Source: Octopus vulgaris (lineage: Eukaryota). Taken from it: 64,000 nucleotides of DNA. Positions 10,467-25,171 of the stretch are shown here, piece by piece (within the stretch, counting starts at the first letter, position 1; each line of letters starts with the position of its first letter). Position numbers and translations under genes: made by a program. The stretch spans positions 141,236,001-141,300,000 of the forward strand of contig OX597818.1 in the NCBI GenBank assembly GCA_951406725.2. Reading direction: 5' to 3'. A model generated the notes under the pieces. It had not been told where the DNA came from and did not search any database. It was given only the letters and a program-made list of their open reading frames with translations.

Positions 10467-10827
10467 GCACGCACACACATTTTTGTATATATTCATTAAT
10501 TATAATTGAAAGCAGATTATTTTTATATATATGATGAGAGATTGTGTGGGAGAGATAATCTAGCTGTGGGTATGTGTATGTATTTGTGTGTGTGTGTGTG
10601 TGTGTGTTCCATATTAATTCAAGCAATTTTCCCTGTATATCATTAAATTATTCAGTGTATCTATGCCTGATTTCCTACGTGCGAACTCAAATGTAATATA
10701 TTTTCTTTGGTCCTAATTTTAGTAGCCAAACGTATTATTGCGCAGTAAGGGAAATTTATAAGTGATGCACAATTGTGAAAGGATATTATGTGTGTGTTTA
10801 TGTGTGGGCGTGTGTCTGTGCAAGTTT

Positions 10828-10858
<31 letters not shown>

Positions 10859-10948
10859 TATATATATGTATATATTTAGGATTTATGTAATCTTGAAAAT
10901 ATTATTTATGTAATTCACGGACACCTTAATTTTTTACTTGTATATATG

Positions 10949-10983
<35 letters not shown>

Positions 10984-11030
10984 ATGTGTGTGTGTATAGA
11001 ATGTTCATAAAATCACACTCGAGTTGATAT

Positions 11031-11620
11031 GTATAAGGGAAATAAGAAAAGTTAGAAAATGCTAATATAATTATCATGAAATACGCTGTGTAACGGTTAG
11101 CACCGGTTTCTGCCTTTTAGACTTTTCCAACTAAGAGTAAAACAAAGCTGGATATCAATAGAGAAGAAAAACGATTGCATTGAAGAAAAAATAAATGAAA
11201 TGTTTTAGAAATATTTCTATAGTCTTCAAATAAGTAGGACGTTTTTTCTGTTTTGTGTCTCACTCACTTTCCGTTTGTGAAGGCTGGTGAGGTAGGCAGT
11301 CGCCGATCTGAAAAAATGTGTTTATGTTTGTAGAGATATATTTGATTCTACGCACCTTACGGTCGTTCACAAAAGAAAATGAGAGAGACAGAAAAAAGGA
11401 AAATGTCTTATCTATTTGAAGACTATGGAAATATTTACAAAATATTTCATTCAAATTTTTCTTTAATTTAATTGTTTTTGCTCTCAGTTAATAGCCATCT
11501 TTATGTTTACTCTTAGTTGAAAAAGTCGAAAAGGCAGAACCCGGTACTAACCGTTACACAATGTATTTTTTGATAAAATTATTCTAGCATTTTCTAACTT
11601 GTTTTATTTTCCTTGTATAT
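11031..11620. repeat. Diverged foldback (~220-bp inverted arms) with a hammerhead-like motif in each arm; probable Penelope-like pLTR relic
   Basis: 11031-11250 is visibly the reverse complement of ~11391-11620. Motifs at 11097-11134(-) and 11513-11550(+). Confidence 0.8.
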
Positions 11621-11825
11621 ATATATATATATTATACGAAATAACATGTTGATCTAATGCAGCTTTCTTACGTTGGTGAGTGTTGCCTCCCTTTTCCGTT
11701 GAAATGGAATATGTGACTTTTGGTGGCTAGGGCGTCTTGGCCTCCTATTTCTAGCAATGCCTGGTCTCTTATAGTGACGGTTAATAATGTGGTTTTTTTT
11801 TTTTTAAATTGCTTCCAGCCACCTA

Positions 11826-11894
<69 letters not shown>

Positions 11895-12097
11895 CATTAT
11901 TATTATCATTATTATTATAATTATTATTATTATTATTATTATTGTTATTATTATTATTATTATTATTATTACATATTATATATATACATATATATTGTAT
12001 ATATATACTAATGTTTATACAGTGGCTCTTATCAACGAATGAATCTCTCGAACTTTGCGTCTCTCTGGCGCTTCTGCTAAATATTAATAAAAATATA

Positions 12098-13293
12098 CGA
12101 AGGGTGTTCATTAAAGATTTCCACTGACGCACTTCTGATCATTACAAGAAACAGAACTTGTACATATAACTATACATCTCTCTACATGTCACATTGTAAG
12201 TTGCAGTTTTCCACTAGTATTCGTGTGTCTTTTACGGCTGCTGAAGTGGATTAGGTGTTATGATGAAGGCAACTGAATGCATATCAGTAATCAGGTTCTT
12301 ATACTTGAAAGGTCGTACACCAAAAGAGACTTGCAATGACACGAAAGAAGTTTATGGTGACGATGCTCTGTCATACGACGTGGTCAAGCACTGACATCAC
12401 CATTTCACATGTGGTCTGCAATTGATGATGACACCATCCGTAAAGAGGAAGCTGCCATTTTGGAGGAATACCGCATAACTATTTGGCAACTAACTCAACA
12501 AGTGAAGATAAGTGTAGGGTCCGTGGAAACAAAATTATCCACGACAATTTGCACATGCTGAAGTTGTCTGCATGAAAGACTCTCCAGAAGCTCACACCTT
12601 TTCAAAAGCAGAGACGAGTCAATTGCTCGCAGGCTCTTTTGGCAGTGTGGCAAAAAAAATCCAGAGAACTTTTTCGGGAGACTTATCACAAAGGATGAAA
12701 CACGTGCTACCACTATGATTCTGAGTCTAAAGTCCAGTCGAAGCAATGGAAGCATGATAGCTCACCACCTCCAAAGAGTGCTCGTGTCCAACCATCACCA
12801 GGCAAGGTGATGCTCACAGTCTTTTGGGACCAGCGCGGAGTGGTAGTAATAGGTTTTCTGGCAAAGAGAACTATGATTAATAGGGCATGTTCTGCTTCTC
12901 TGTTGCAGAAATTTCGGGACACCATCAAAACGGGGCGGGGGGTGGTTATGCTGACCAAATGAATCCGCATCCTCCAAGACAACGCCCTTGTTCACAATGC
13001 GCATGTTGCCTAGACGAAAGCACAGTCCTGAGGTTATGAAATCCTTCCTCATCCCCTGTACCCTCCTGATGGCGCACCATCTGACTTTCACCTCTTTCCA
13101 ATCATGGAGTCATTTTTGAATAGGAAATACTTTTCTACAGACTTCTACAGACGAGGTCTACACACCTGCATAAAGCGATGGGAGAAGTGTGACGCCATTG
13201 TTGGTGGCTATGTAGAGAAGGACAAATAATTACGCCAAGTTTCGTTTATGCTTGTGAAGTATGTCAGGGGAAAACTTTAATGAACTCCCCTCA
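12098..13293 (+). mobile_element. Mariner (DD34D-type) transposon, decayed but with both TIRs
   Basis: TA-flanked ~38-bp TIRs (cgaagggtgttcattaaagatttccactgac / gtcaggggaaaactttaatgaactcccctca). Transposase remnants TKDET..HYD.ESK.QSKQW, GKVMLTVFWD, LLQDNA..H and PHP.YPPD.APSDFHLFP, with stops and frameshifts. Confidence 0.9.
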
Positions 13294-13460
13294 TACATAT
13301 ACTTCTATTTTGAGTTCTATTTTTCCTGTTTCCACCTAAATACGTTTATATACACCCTCACACACCACACACATATATATATACATGCTACATACATATA
13401 TATACAATATATACACACATACTACATACATATATATATATATATGTATTATTTATATAA

Positions 13461-13516
<56 letters not shown>

Positions 13517-14230
13517 AAACAAGGATTCAGATAGAATCTTGTAGTTGAAAAGATATGCACTAGGTAGGGTTGGATAAACCTGTGTTTAGCGCTTAGGTGC
13601 TGGTCCAAAGCACATGTTACGTTGATTGTACGTTGTTGGTATACTCCAGGGTATTCGACGTTTCGTAAATCCCTATAGCGTATTATAATCAAATGAATAA
13701 CAGACGATGTATCCGGCGTCGAATTTTCATTCATATGTGTGAGTGTGTGTGTATGTGTGTGTGTGTGTGTGCGTGTGCACGTGCACGCATATAAGTAGAC
13801 ACCTTCATAAAAATTAATATTTTTATGTATATGTTTGAATGTATATGTATAAACACAGACACACATACACACATATATTCACTAATAATGGTAGAGTGTT
13901 TTTATCAATTTGCTGGAAATATACTAACAGTAGTGTATTTTGGTTATGTTTTTACACTTATCACTCGTCATTGAGCATGCCAGCAACAAGTGTTTCCTAA
14001 AACGCGTCTTTTTCTTTCTCTATCTGTTTGTATATCTGCCAGTCTGTCTGATTGTTTTCCCCCTTTCTGTCCATGAATTTTCATACACATGGTCATAACG
14101 CAAATAATATAAATAAATTTTAGTCTACACTCAATGTTAAGATACACTCTCAATAAAGCTGCAGTCGTTTGTAAAGTTACTATAAAAAGAACACTGCTTA
14201 ACCTATCATCGTTGCGTACACACAAACACA

Positions 14231-14275
<45 letters not shown>

Positions 14276-15285
14276 ACACACACACTCGCTCACACGTGCT
14301 CCCTTTTTTTTCTCGAAGACAGTGATACTCTGAATTTAGACGGATCTGGCTGTTACTTCTAGCAGTTCGGGAAGAACAAGGTTCTTAGAAGCCCATCGTT
14401 TGTTCATTTATAATAGGTTGACTTTAATAATATATGTTATAAACTGCATCAAAAATGTAGGCAAAGGTTGTATTGATATATCATTCTTATAATAAATTTA
14501 GAAACTATTTGAAATACTGTATGGGTGTACTTTTCTTTAAAGTCGGAAATTGTCAATTTTCCTTCGATTTCTCTTCAGGCATGACCTATTTAATCCGATT
14601 TTTATCGTCGTTACTCTGGAGAAATTTCAAACTAATAAAATCACGTATCGAATTAAAAAATTTGTTTGAATATTTATACGTACATACATACATACATACA
14701 TACATATGCAAACTTGTATGTACACACACACGTACTATTTATATTATTGGTTTGTTGTCCATAAGTCAGCAGAAAAGCGCATTAAAAGAGGAATTTGAGC
14801 GGTTAGACTTATATATTGTCGTGTAACATATTCCAGTTTATGATATATAACCAGTCAGAATGTTTCTATTGGTTTCGCCTCTACTATAACACTTGACTAT
14901 ATTGACGATTCTTCAGACGCTTACCAAAAGTACATAATTCCTTTAATACTGTAGGTGATTATATATTACTTGTTCGAATGGTGATGGTAAAAGCAGGAAC
15001 GAAACGATAACACATTTCCGGGAGGGAACGTAGTGTTGCCCCACCAACACCCCACCAGCGTAGGATATCAACTGCGACCGAAGACAGTCAATTTCCCCTG
15101 CATATATGTTTTCATTTCTTCACTACAACAAAGAGAAACACAACATTGCTTAACTGAACTTCCTGTCAAGATGGCAGCCTTTAAAAATTTCGTCTTCAGG
15201 AAGGTACCCGCATCGTTCCATTTTTAAAAATTATTCTCTTACTGCCAAACTTCTAATTTCAAATCTTGCTTTCGTCGGAACTGAC

Positions 15286-15366
<81 letters not shown>

Positions 15367-15415
15367 CGTACATCTATACATATATAAATGCATACATACA
15401 CACATACATAGGTAA

Positions 15416-15476
<61 letters not shown>

Positions 15477-15913
15477 CAGACAGACAAACAGATACATAGC
15501 TAGTAAAATAGGTATATATACATACATACAGACAAATACATATATACATACATGTATAAATACGTACGCATTTTCAACTTTTATAAATACAGACGCCCTT
15601 AGTTTAATATCCGAACACAATATTTAAAAAATTTTTTTCCGCAGTGAAATTCTACCCCTAAAAGTGGTTGATTTTCAAATTGTTTTGTTCTTAGTATTCG
15701 TGTTTGTATCCGCCATGAAATTATGATTTTGCACTTTTAGGCAATTCCTTCTGATGATAAGAATACACGTTTTTTTTTTCATACAAGATAATTATATGTA
15801 TATATGTATATAATTATATGTAATATAATTATATGTATAATTATGTAAGATAATTATAAGTATATTATGTTCATATATAAGTATGGATTCATTCTGAGTA
15901 TATTTTGAGTTTT

Positions 15914-15983
<70 letters not shown>

Positions 15984-16014
15984 AGAGATAGATAGATAGA
16001 TAGATAGATAGATT

Positions 16015-16096
<82 letters not shown>

Positions 16097-17372
16097 GGAA
16101 CGAATAGAAAGACAAAAGAGAAATAGATAAGTGTACTTCTGACGGAAACAGAAATAAATAACTAAATACATTTTCCTTTCTGCGTATACTCGCTGTTTGG
16201 TGTAGTGAAGTTCGGGGTCAGGTATTTGATTGTTTCTTTGCTGTGTATGTGATAAGTCGAGTTGAAAGCACGCAGCATGACAACGTTCAAATATACTTAG
16301 TCTGGATGAGAGCAAAATGCTCTGTAAGGAATAAGATAGAAAAAAATGCGATATCCATGACTGTACGTGCGTGATCTGGCGTGACATACATACACTTAGG
16401 TTTGGAAAAAAGACAAAAAGACGCATTTTCTCGGCATTCATATATCTACATACATGCGTATACATATATGTATATATACTTATATGTATGTATGCATAAA
16501 TGTACTATGAAGCACATCATCCCCCTCTTCCCCATCACTATCATCAGCGTCGTCTTCGTTTTAAATTGGATGTTCGTGGTGAAAAGCTTTCCTTTCGCCT
16601 GTCTAATATAACTTTTTATTGCCGTTTTTAATGTTTTCTCTAGTTTCCTTTGGTTTCTTTTCTTCCCTGCATTTTTTTCCTATGTAATGTAAGTTCTGTT
16701 TAAGTTGTCATACAGAAAACCTGATTTTAATCTCTATCTGTTTTATTATTATTATTATTATTATTTTTTTTGGTTCCATTTGTTTTCTAGGAAATGTCAA
16801 AATGGAATGATATATTACAAGAGTTGATGTGTACTCCATCTGTTGGTGTTATTGAATAACGCAATTTCAATACAAATAAGACAAATTTGAGGGACTTATA
16901 CGGTGGACAGATATATAGTTTGAAATATATGTACATATACTTACATACGCTGTGTCATGTGTGTATATACGCACACATATATATTTATACATATTTATGT
17001 GTGTGTACGTACATATAAACACTCATACGTATGCATTCATATTATCCATACACACGTACACACACACACACACTTTATATTAGTTATCTTGGACAAGGAA
17101 AAATGCAAAGTACATCAAGGATCTCGATAGTAATATTTGATTTTAGTATAAATTAATTGAAGGAATGAAATATATATTTGTGTGGAGCATTTTTGTTGTT
17201 TTTTTATTGTTGTTTCGGTGTTTCCGAAAAAAATACTTGTAAGTATCTATACATATAAATTTGACATGGGCGATTCTTTCTTGTCTTGGTATTCACGGTG
17301 AAACGACTCGGTGGAATTGCACGAAAAATTACACAGATGTGTAGAATGATCCAGTGGTTATATTTGGCTTTG

Positions 17373-17600
17373 TATTTTTTCATAGCTCCTATGGTTACCG
17401 AGATAATCTATTATAATAATACTCTTGTGTTTATGAATGAGAAAGGAAGGAATGATTGATGAATACGGGAGGAAGGAGTGATGTCATATTTTTTCATAGC
17501 TCCCATGCTTACCGAGATAATCTACTATAATAAAACTCTTGTTTATGAATGAGTAAGGATGGGGTGATAGATGAATAGGGAAGGAAGGGGTGATGCCATA
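17373..17600. repeat. Two diverged tandem copies of a ~114-bp unit
   Basis: tattttttcatagctcc...ttaccgagataatcta...gtgatg.cata begins at both 17373 and 17487. Confidence 0.8.
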
Positions 17601-18289
17601 CTTGGTAGTGGGATGATAAAAATTGTACGCTGACAAAATAAATCAAACAGAGTTTCAAATCTGTGTGAATATATATGTGTGCATATGTAAAAGGGGGTAT
17701 GTGAATGTGTGTGTGTGTGTGTGTGTGTTTGTGTTTGTGTATGTGTGTGTGTGTTTGTGTATGTGTGTGTGTATTTTGTTGTTAGGACATTTTTACCTTA
17801 TTTGAAGATATTTGTTATGCTGAATCCGAAAATGGAAGTTATATTTACTATGACGTCTAGGTACGCCGCCCCCTAATCATCAGTAGGTGATGATTATTGT
17901 GGCAATAAAGTAGATACATCAATTATCTATGCTTTCTATGTATGCAGGACAACAGCATCAGGGTAAAATATTGGGTGGTCAAAGAATGGCTGCAGCGAAC
18001 GAAAAATCAGTCCGCATCCACTCTACATATTGTGGAGTAGTCTGTTAAAATTCGGAGGTGGTGGTGTCTCAAAAAATTAACCCTAAACTGACATATCCTC
18101 CCCCTAATAACAACGTCCAAGCTCGTCATGCTTCAATGATAACAAAGCCAAATACAAACAGTATCCGCCATTACACAGGTCACCTAGGGCCGCGTACGCG
18201 AGTGAGCAACCAGACTAGGTACGAAAAATCATCTACAGGTTCAAATCTTCCCGAAGCACGGGAGCTGGATGTATCCCACAGCCGAAATA

Positions 18290-19200
18290 TTCCAACAGAT
18301 GCCCATCCATGCTTGTCATCAAATAACCAAAAGGGAAAAGAATGAAAAATGACCTATGGGAGATAAGAAAGAAGTCCTTAAGGCCTTCTATCACGTCAGG
18401 TATTTCCCCCCAAATAAGTCTAATACTGTACAAACCTACTTAAACTGGAGACTGAAACACCTTGAAGTAAAACCCTACATAGACAGTAAGAAACTTGCCA
18501 ACGTCAGAAGATTAGGAAAATGAAATTACTAACTGAATTAGAGATTGACCAATTTAAACAATCAGTAAGGGATAAAAGGAACGAAACTGCAGCTAAAGAA
18601 GGTACTAGAGAGGAAATAATTATAGACCAGTCCAGGCCTGATGAAAATGCAGTAATGATTGAAAGAGTTAATGCAACTGATAAGCAAAGTGAAATACGCT
18701 CTGAACTAACCATAAACATTAAGGTTGATGAAAATCAAATAGATGAAGAAGTCACACAGAAATGGACCCACAGAACTGAACTACATGTTCTATAAATTTC
18801 AAATCGTAATTGAATGGCTGAAAATTAAAGAAACCAGTATGAGTGAACGTAGCACCATCCCCGAAATTCGCAATTCTAACCAAAACCTGAAAGTAATTGG
18901 TAAAATCCGCCTTGCACTTAAGGATATAATTTCAGCTTTTGGTGTTGATATTACAGACCTCAGTCATCTGTACTATGCATCGCTGAAACTCTAAACGATT
19001 CTATGTGGTGAAAAGATTAGAAAATAACAACATTCACACAAAGCACCTACTTGGTAAGAGCGTATTCAACACCAAATTCAGCTACTTAGGTCTGACATAG
19101 AATGTTCAAAAAACCGTAAGTCTGACAAGACTATCAAACCAACAAAAATCTGAAAATTAAGAAAAAAAATATCAAAAGACAGAACTGATTATATTGAGAG
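18290..19200 (+). pseudogene. Decayed N-terminal region of an R4/Dong-like non-LTR retrotransposon
   Basis: Broken ORFs with LLTELEI..., L.H.LYYAS and APTW*ERIQHQIQLLRSDI, resembling the P-x-W-x-x-R...I..LR.D motif upstream of RT in this clade. Confidence 0.55.
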
Positions 19201-19978
19201 CTTGGAGTGCAGACGATGGAAACAGTCTTCATGGTCTCATTTCTTGGAATTTGTACAAGTTTTATGAGCGACGGACCCTAGCTAGGTCGGATACTAATTA
19301 ATGGCTTCAACCTTGCTCGTTTGCAGTACCCACATTGATCCAACATTTGTAATCTATACATAGGAAGTGGCTACATTAATTGAGTATTTAAGTAAAGTAT
19401 TATTAATATAGTGCAATGTGAAGCGTATGTAAATCGAGCAGATAATATTCTATCTTTTCTCCCGTAAACACTGCTTATGGAAGTATCATATTACAGGATA
19501 ACATTTGTAGAGTGCTAATTCAAAGTTGACAGAGATAGGTTTGATAAAGTATCGGAAAAAAGAACGGTTGTTCGAGGGGTGGAGGTTATTTACAGGGTCT
19601 ACAACGAAACGAGGTATCTTTTCATCAGAGACGTTTCTTGTTACGCGGTATGCGTAAATATCATCCACTTCTAAGAGGAAAGGGTTTTATCTCACGCTCT
19701 GCAACCGTCTTTCTTCGCCAATAATACTATATTGGAGCTACCTGCGAAATATTTGATCGACTGCCACTGACTTGCTATGGTTGAGGGAGAGACGTTACGT
19801 GTGTTTGTGCGTGCCTTGATTTATTGATGTATGTGCCTTTCTGTATTTGTGTTTGTGTGGGAAATGTACCACGGCCGACGATATAATTGTCTATAAGTGA
19901 TTTACTTGATGAAAATATTCATTAGATTATAAGAATGCACATGGCCAAGGCCACACGCAGTCAGACACACACAGATAA

Positions 19979-20010
<32 letters not shown>

Positions 20011-20022
20011 ATATAGAGAGAG

Positions 20023-20095
<73 letters not shown>

Positions 20096-20313
20096 GATAG
20101 AGAGAGAGAGATAGAGAGAGATAGAAAGATAGATAGTTTAACACAGTAACTTGTAGTGGCAAGTAATGTTTGCCGCCACTTCTGCATGACTGTTCCGATC
20201 GAACATCATTAACTAGCAAGAGGAAATATCCTTTGAGTGGGGTGGGGTGGGGGTTTAAAAAATCACAGTAACGTCTGTTTCAACGGAACAGTCATGTGGC
20301 AACAAACATTAAT

Positions 20314-20368
<55 letters not shown>

Positions 20369-21670
20369 CATACGCACACATACACTTGTACACACACACA
20401 CACGCTTACTCACAGACAGAAACACACATATAAGTCTCCTTCTCTCTCTGTCTTTGTCTCTCTCTCATCCTGTCTCTCCCTATACAAATATATATGTATG
20501 TGTGTATATATGTATGTATGTATGTATGTGTATGTATGAATGTAAAGTACATGTGTGAATATTCCGTATTTTAACGGCTTATGATATGCACTAGCCTATA
20601 GGATGCACCTTAGTTTTGACAAGCTTTTCTTGCAGCACCACTTGTCAGTAATCTAAACCCTGACCTTGTGTTTATAAGGCGCCGGCTGATTTTGAGGTCA
20701 TTTCTCTGGAAAAAATCTGGAAAGAATGATTTTTGTAGCCGTCAAACCACAACCAATGTATTTGTGTGTATATTGTATAGTTTATGTATATATGTATGTG
20801 TGTATGTATGTATGTATATATGCATGTATGTATGTATGTGTGTATGTATGTGTGTATGTGTGTGTGTACCAATATATTTCGGGAGGTTCGCTCTTTTGTT
20901 GGTTGGGGCGGAAGGGGGCAGGAAGAGAAATGTATGTGTGCACTTAAGAAATGTCATTATTTTGCGTGTACTGGTTGATATGTGACCTTCAGTTTCCATT
21001 TCATTTTCGCAGAGAATTTGAGTTTCAACTAACTCCACCAAAAGTAATATGAAAAAAAAACAGAAATTATTTTCGTCACGGATACATTCTTTTATGCTAT
21101 TTCTGAAACTCTGGCTTTCAATTTCAATCCGTGTTGTACAAGACAAATTGCTGTTCAAGAATGATTCGTTAAAACACTACATCAAATTTTGATATATTTA
21201 TGCTCGCGTAACCTTAATGCACACACCAAATAACGTCAATGCAACAGAAAAGAAAATGGCGTTTTTAATCAAGGTCACGTGTCGCCACGACGGTCACTTG
21301 ATTATTTAGTTTCTGATTCTGCTTTCCTCATGAGTTACATATATAAATAGGTATGGCTAATTTAATTACAAAAAATATTTTAATACATCTACTTTTAATG
21401 ATAAAGCAAAAGTATTTTAAATTAATAGAACATTATGATAAGATATTTCATGAGAAAAATATGAAATTAATTTCTTTTTCCAATAGAAAACTAATTAATA
21501 AAAAATCTCCATATAATGATCTAATTTGGGAAAAATGGCACTAACCTTAGTCAGTGTTGGAAACAGCTTTTCCTCGAGTAAATGACATTTTAAAAGCTTT
21601 AACTAATTCCCGGTCGAAATATGTCAGCGGCTTATAAGAGCACCAAGACACACGAACATTCGTTCGCAGG

Positions 21671-21790
<120 letters not shown>

Positions 21791-23634
21791 TATCGCGTCT
21801 TGCGTCTATATATCTGAATATTTCTATAATAAAGTACAATGCTGATAACATTTCTGAGGTGCCATTAAATAATCATTAATTATAAAATACCTCTCACAGG
21901 TCACGGATTAATTAGAGAATGGTGTAATATTTTATTAATAATAGTTTTAATAACTGCTAGTATAGTCTTACTGGCAGTATAATAACATATACATGGAAAT
22001 TTTGTGCATCGCTATATTAAGAAAAAATTCCTTCTCAAGGCCAGGAATTTGGTGCGTAGGAGTTAGTAGATTGCATCGACCCTAGTACTCGTCTATTACT
22101 TTCGTTACCAGTTCCTAAATAATGGAAGGTAAAATCGGAGGTTTGCCTCAAAACCAGCTAAAGGTATGAGTGTGGAACTGAGCTTCTGGCTAAACCATGG
22201 TAACAAACGATATAATATAATAAATAAACACATTTCGTATGTAATTCTTTGGAACTATTAATAAAAGATTGACTCAACATGGTATGTGTGTATATAAATA
22301 TATATATATGTGTGTGTGTGTGTGTATACACACACATAGTTTCGTTCGTATAGTGTGTATTTAAATATAAACATGTACAGTTGTGTTGATGTGCTTGTCT
22401 ATATATTCTGTGCACACAAACACACACATAACGTGTGTTTACGAGCGTTTGTGTTTCTAAGTATGCGCAGCCAAGTGTATAATTATACACCTGTGCTGGT
22501 GCAGATGTGTATTTGTTTATTTATGTGTATATATCTATATATGTATACGTGAGCGTATGTGTTTGTGTTTCCCTTTTTGCTAGTTGTATATGCGTGTACA
22601 CATGTATGTGTTTCGTTTCGAATGGGGAATTAGCACAGTTGGTTGAGAGTCGGATAAATCAACTTATGCTATTTATCCAATCACTTTACGTGCTGAGTTC
22701 AAATTCCGTTGTTGTCAATAGTGCTTTTCAATCTTCCGAGGTCAATAAATATACAACTCCAAGACAGTGGATTGTTGCAATATGTTCCGGCTCTTTGCGT
22801 TCTAAGAGCAAATTCCGACTTGGCGATGATGTACCTCGTCACGATGAACACCATCCGACTGCTGAAAAACGTAAGCAGGGAGACCTACAGCCAACGTATA
22901 TAAAAGGGCAGCGATGTAATGAGGATTCATCTATGAATGGTAGGACTGGAATGAAATGATTATCTTTACATATATAACTATGTGTACATATGTGTATACC
23001 CATGTGTTCATATGTGTATACTCATGTGTATGTATGTGTTCGGAGATGTGATATGCACGCTGGAGATGTATTTATGTATGTTTATGTAAGTATGTATGTA
23101 TAACATGCATGGGGAATGCAAGAAGATATGCATGTATGGAAGAGTACATGCAGTTTTGTACGATGTGTTTGTCTGTGCACATATTTACACGCACAAACAC
23201 ACATATACTATGCTCATACGTATTGCACCTGCCAGCTGGGAAGTAGAATGTAAATCATGTGGAAAGACAAAGTCATTGACTGACGGTTAGATTCAAACAC
23301 AGGAGGGAAGGAGTGAGAGAAAATACAGGAGAGGAAAGGAAATATAGAAGGGCTCTCATTCAGGTAATATCACTTTGTACCTGAATATCTGAATAGTGTG
23401 TTCTATAATTTCGATTTATTTATGTGTTTGCAAAGACTGAAGATAACAAAGACTTTCACCATGAAAGAACTATTTTAGCGATTTAAGATCATACAAAGAT
23501 GTTTTATTCACAGGAGAAAGGAGAAAGCAAGCAAAGCAATGGAATTACAATCAAGGGAAGTCAATAAAACCTTGTGCGAAAGGCAGAACTGAATAGGGAA
23601 GAAGCGAGCGGTCTTACAGCGAGAAGGAAATGTG

Positions 23635-24013
23635 GAAGCACTCCGTCGGTTACGACGATGAGGGTTCCGGTTGATCCGAATCAACGGAACAGCTTGCTCG
23701 TGAAATTAACGTGTAAGTGGCTGAGCACTCCACAGACACGTGCACCCTTAACGTAGTTTTCAGGGATATTCAGCGTGACACAGAGAGTGACAAGGCCGGC
23801 CCCTTGAAATACAGGTACAACAGAAACAGGAAGTAAGAGTGGAGTGAGAGAAAGTTGAGGCGAAAGAGTACAACAGTGGTCGCCACCGCCCCTGCCGGAG
23901 TCTCGTGGAGCTTTAGGTGTTTTCGCTCAATAAACACACACAACGCCCGGTCTGGGAATCGAAACCGCGATCTTCCGACCGTGAGTCCGCTGCCCTAACC
24001 ACCTTGCGCCTCC
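23635..24013 (-). mobile_element. tRNA-derived SINE (family S2) with 16-bp target-site duplication
   Basis: Highly similar to 39629-40008 and 60147-60410. ACAGCGAGAAGGAAAT occurs at 23616-23631 and 24014-24029. Confidence 0.9.
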
Positions 24014-24511
24014 ACAGCGAGAAGGAAATAGAGGGGAGAGAACGGGAAACAAAAAATATAAGAGACAGAAAGCGAGAGAATGTGAGTGTGAGAGAGTCAG
24101 AAGACGGCATGACTATGGCTAATGGATGTCAAGTGATAGGCATGAATATAGAGCAAACAATTTCGCGGTGTTACTATCATACCGAATTAAAAATTAAGCA
24201 CAGAAAATAGATAACATAGACAGGACAAGATATACACAATGCAATTAGCATTTTCATCCATCTCTTCGCTAACGGTCTAACATTTCGTCATATTATATAT
24301 GCGTACGATTGTATACGTACACACACTCGTGTGTATGCGAACGCTCGTGTTTGTGTGAAGAGAGAGAGGAGACAGATAGAGACAAACAGACAGACAGACA
24401 GAGACTGACAGAGGGAGAGAGAAAGAGACAGACAGTTTGACAGTGTCAAACACAGATATAGATACAGTATATCTATGAGTTTATATAAGTCTATGTCAGT
24501 ATAGATGTGTA

Positions 24512-25170
24512 CAGTGATCCCTCGTTTATTGCGGTAGATTGATTCCGAATCCAGCCGCGATAACTGAATTTCCGCGAAGTAGGGAAACCATATTTGCAGT
24601 ATTTATTTAACGTGTATTTGGACTTTTAAATCCTCCCTGTACTGTTAACAACCCACCCATTAAAGTAGTCTATTAATAACAAAGACAACTGTTCAGCAAT
24701 AACACTTTAGATTAAAAATGATAAAGATTGTTACTATACTCAAATTTGAATGATGATGGTGATGAATTTGCTGCGCAGTAGAAATGATGATGATGAAGCT
24801 GACGGCGGTGCCCTTTCCTGGGACACCACTTCTACTTCTTCCGAAGGTGCAACCGTAGTAGTAACAGCAGGAACTGGCTTTTTTTGTGAGGCTGCAAAAA
24901 ACATTGTGATAAGAAGTTGCTACCGCTGCTTTTTTCCGTTCAAAGAGCATCTTGTAGGGATTCATGACTCTCTCCATTGCACCTCGGGAGTTGTCGTCTC
25001 TCTCCATTGCTCCAATCACAGACCGTCTTAAGTTCAAATACTCCTGTACATGCTATTTTGCTATTTTTCGCTTGTTTTGTTGTTCATAGACTAGGAAATA
25101 ATATTTATCATTAATATTTTAATGAAAACGTTTTGGTGTTCATAAATATATTTTTTTTAAATCCGCGAAA
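24512..25170 (-). mobile_element. Tigger/pogo-like DNA transposon relic
   Basis: TA followed by a cagtgatccctcgtttattgcgg...ccgcga terminus, and a minus-strand remnant AMERVMNPYKMLFERKK resembling a Tigger transposase C-terminus. Confidence 0.55.
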
Positions 25171-25171
25171 C

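Noticed and set aside
11640-11830. Minus-strand peptide with IRDQAL/QDALAT resembling a Dong thumb segment next to (TAA)n
   Set aside because: Too short and degenerate to call, though plausible.
13650-13730. Minus-strand GAAACGTC-gaata resembling a hammerhead 3' half
   Set aside because: No CUGANGA or UUGANAA core and no helix II at a suitable distance.
14860-14920. Minus-strand CTGAAGA...GAAA spacing
   Set aside because: Helix II pairing is poor and there is no helix III palindrome; cannot be distinguished from chance.
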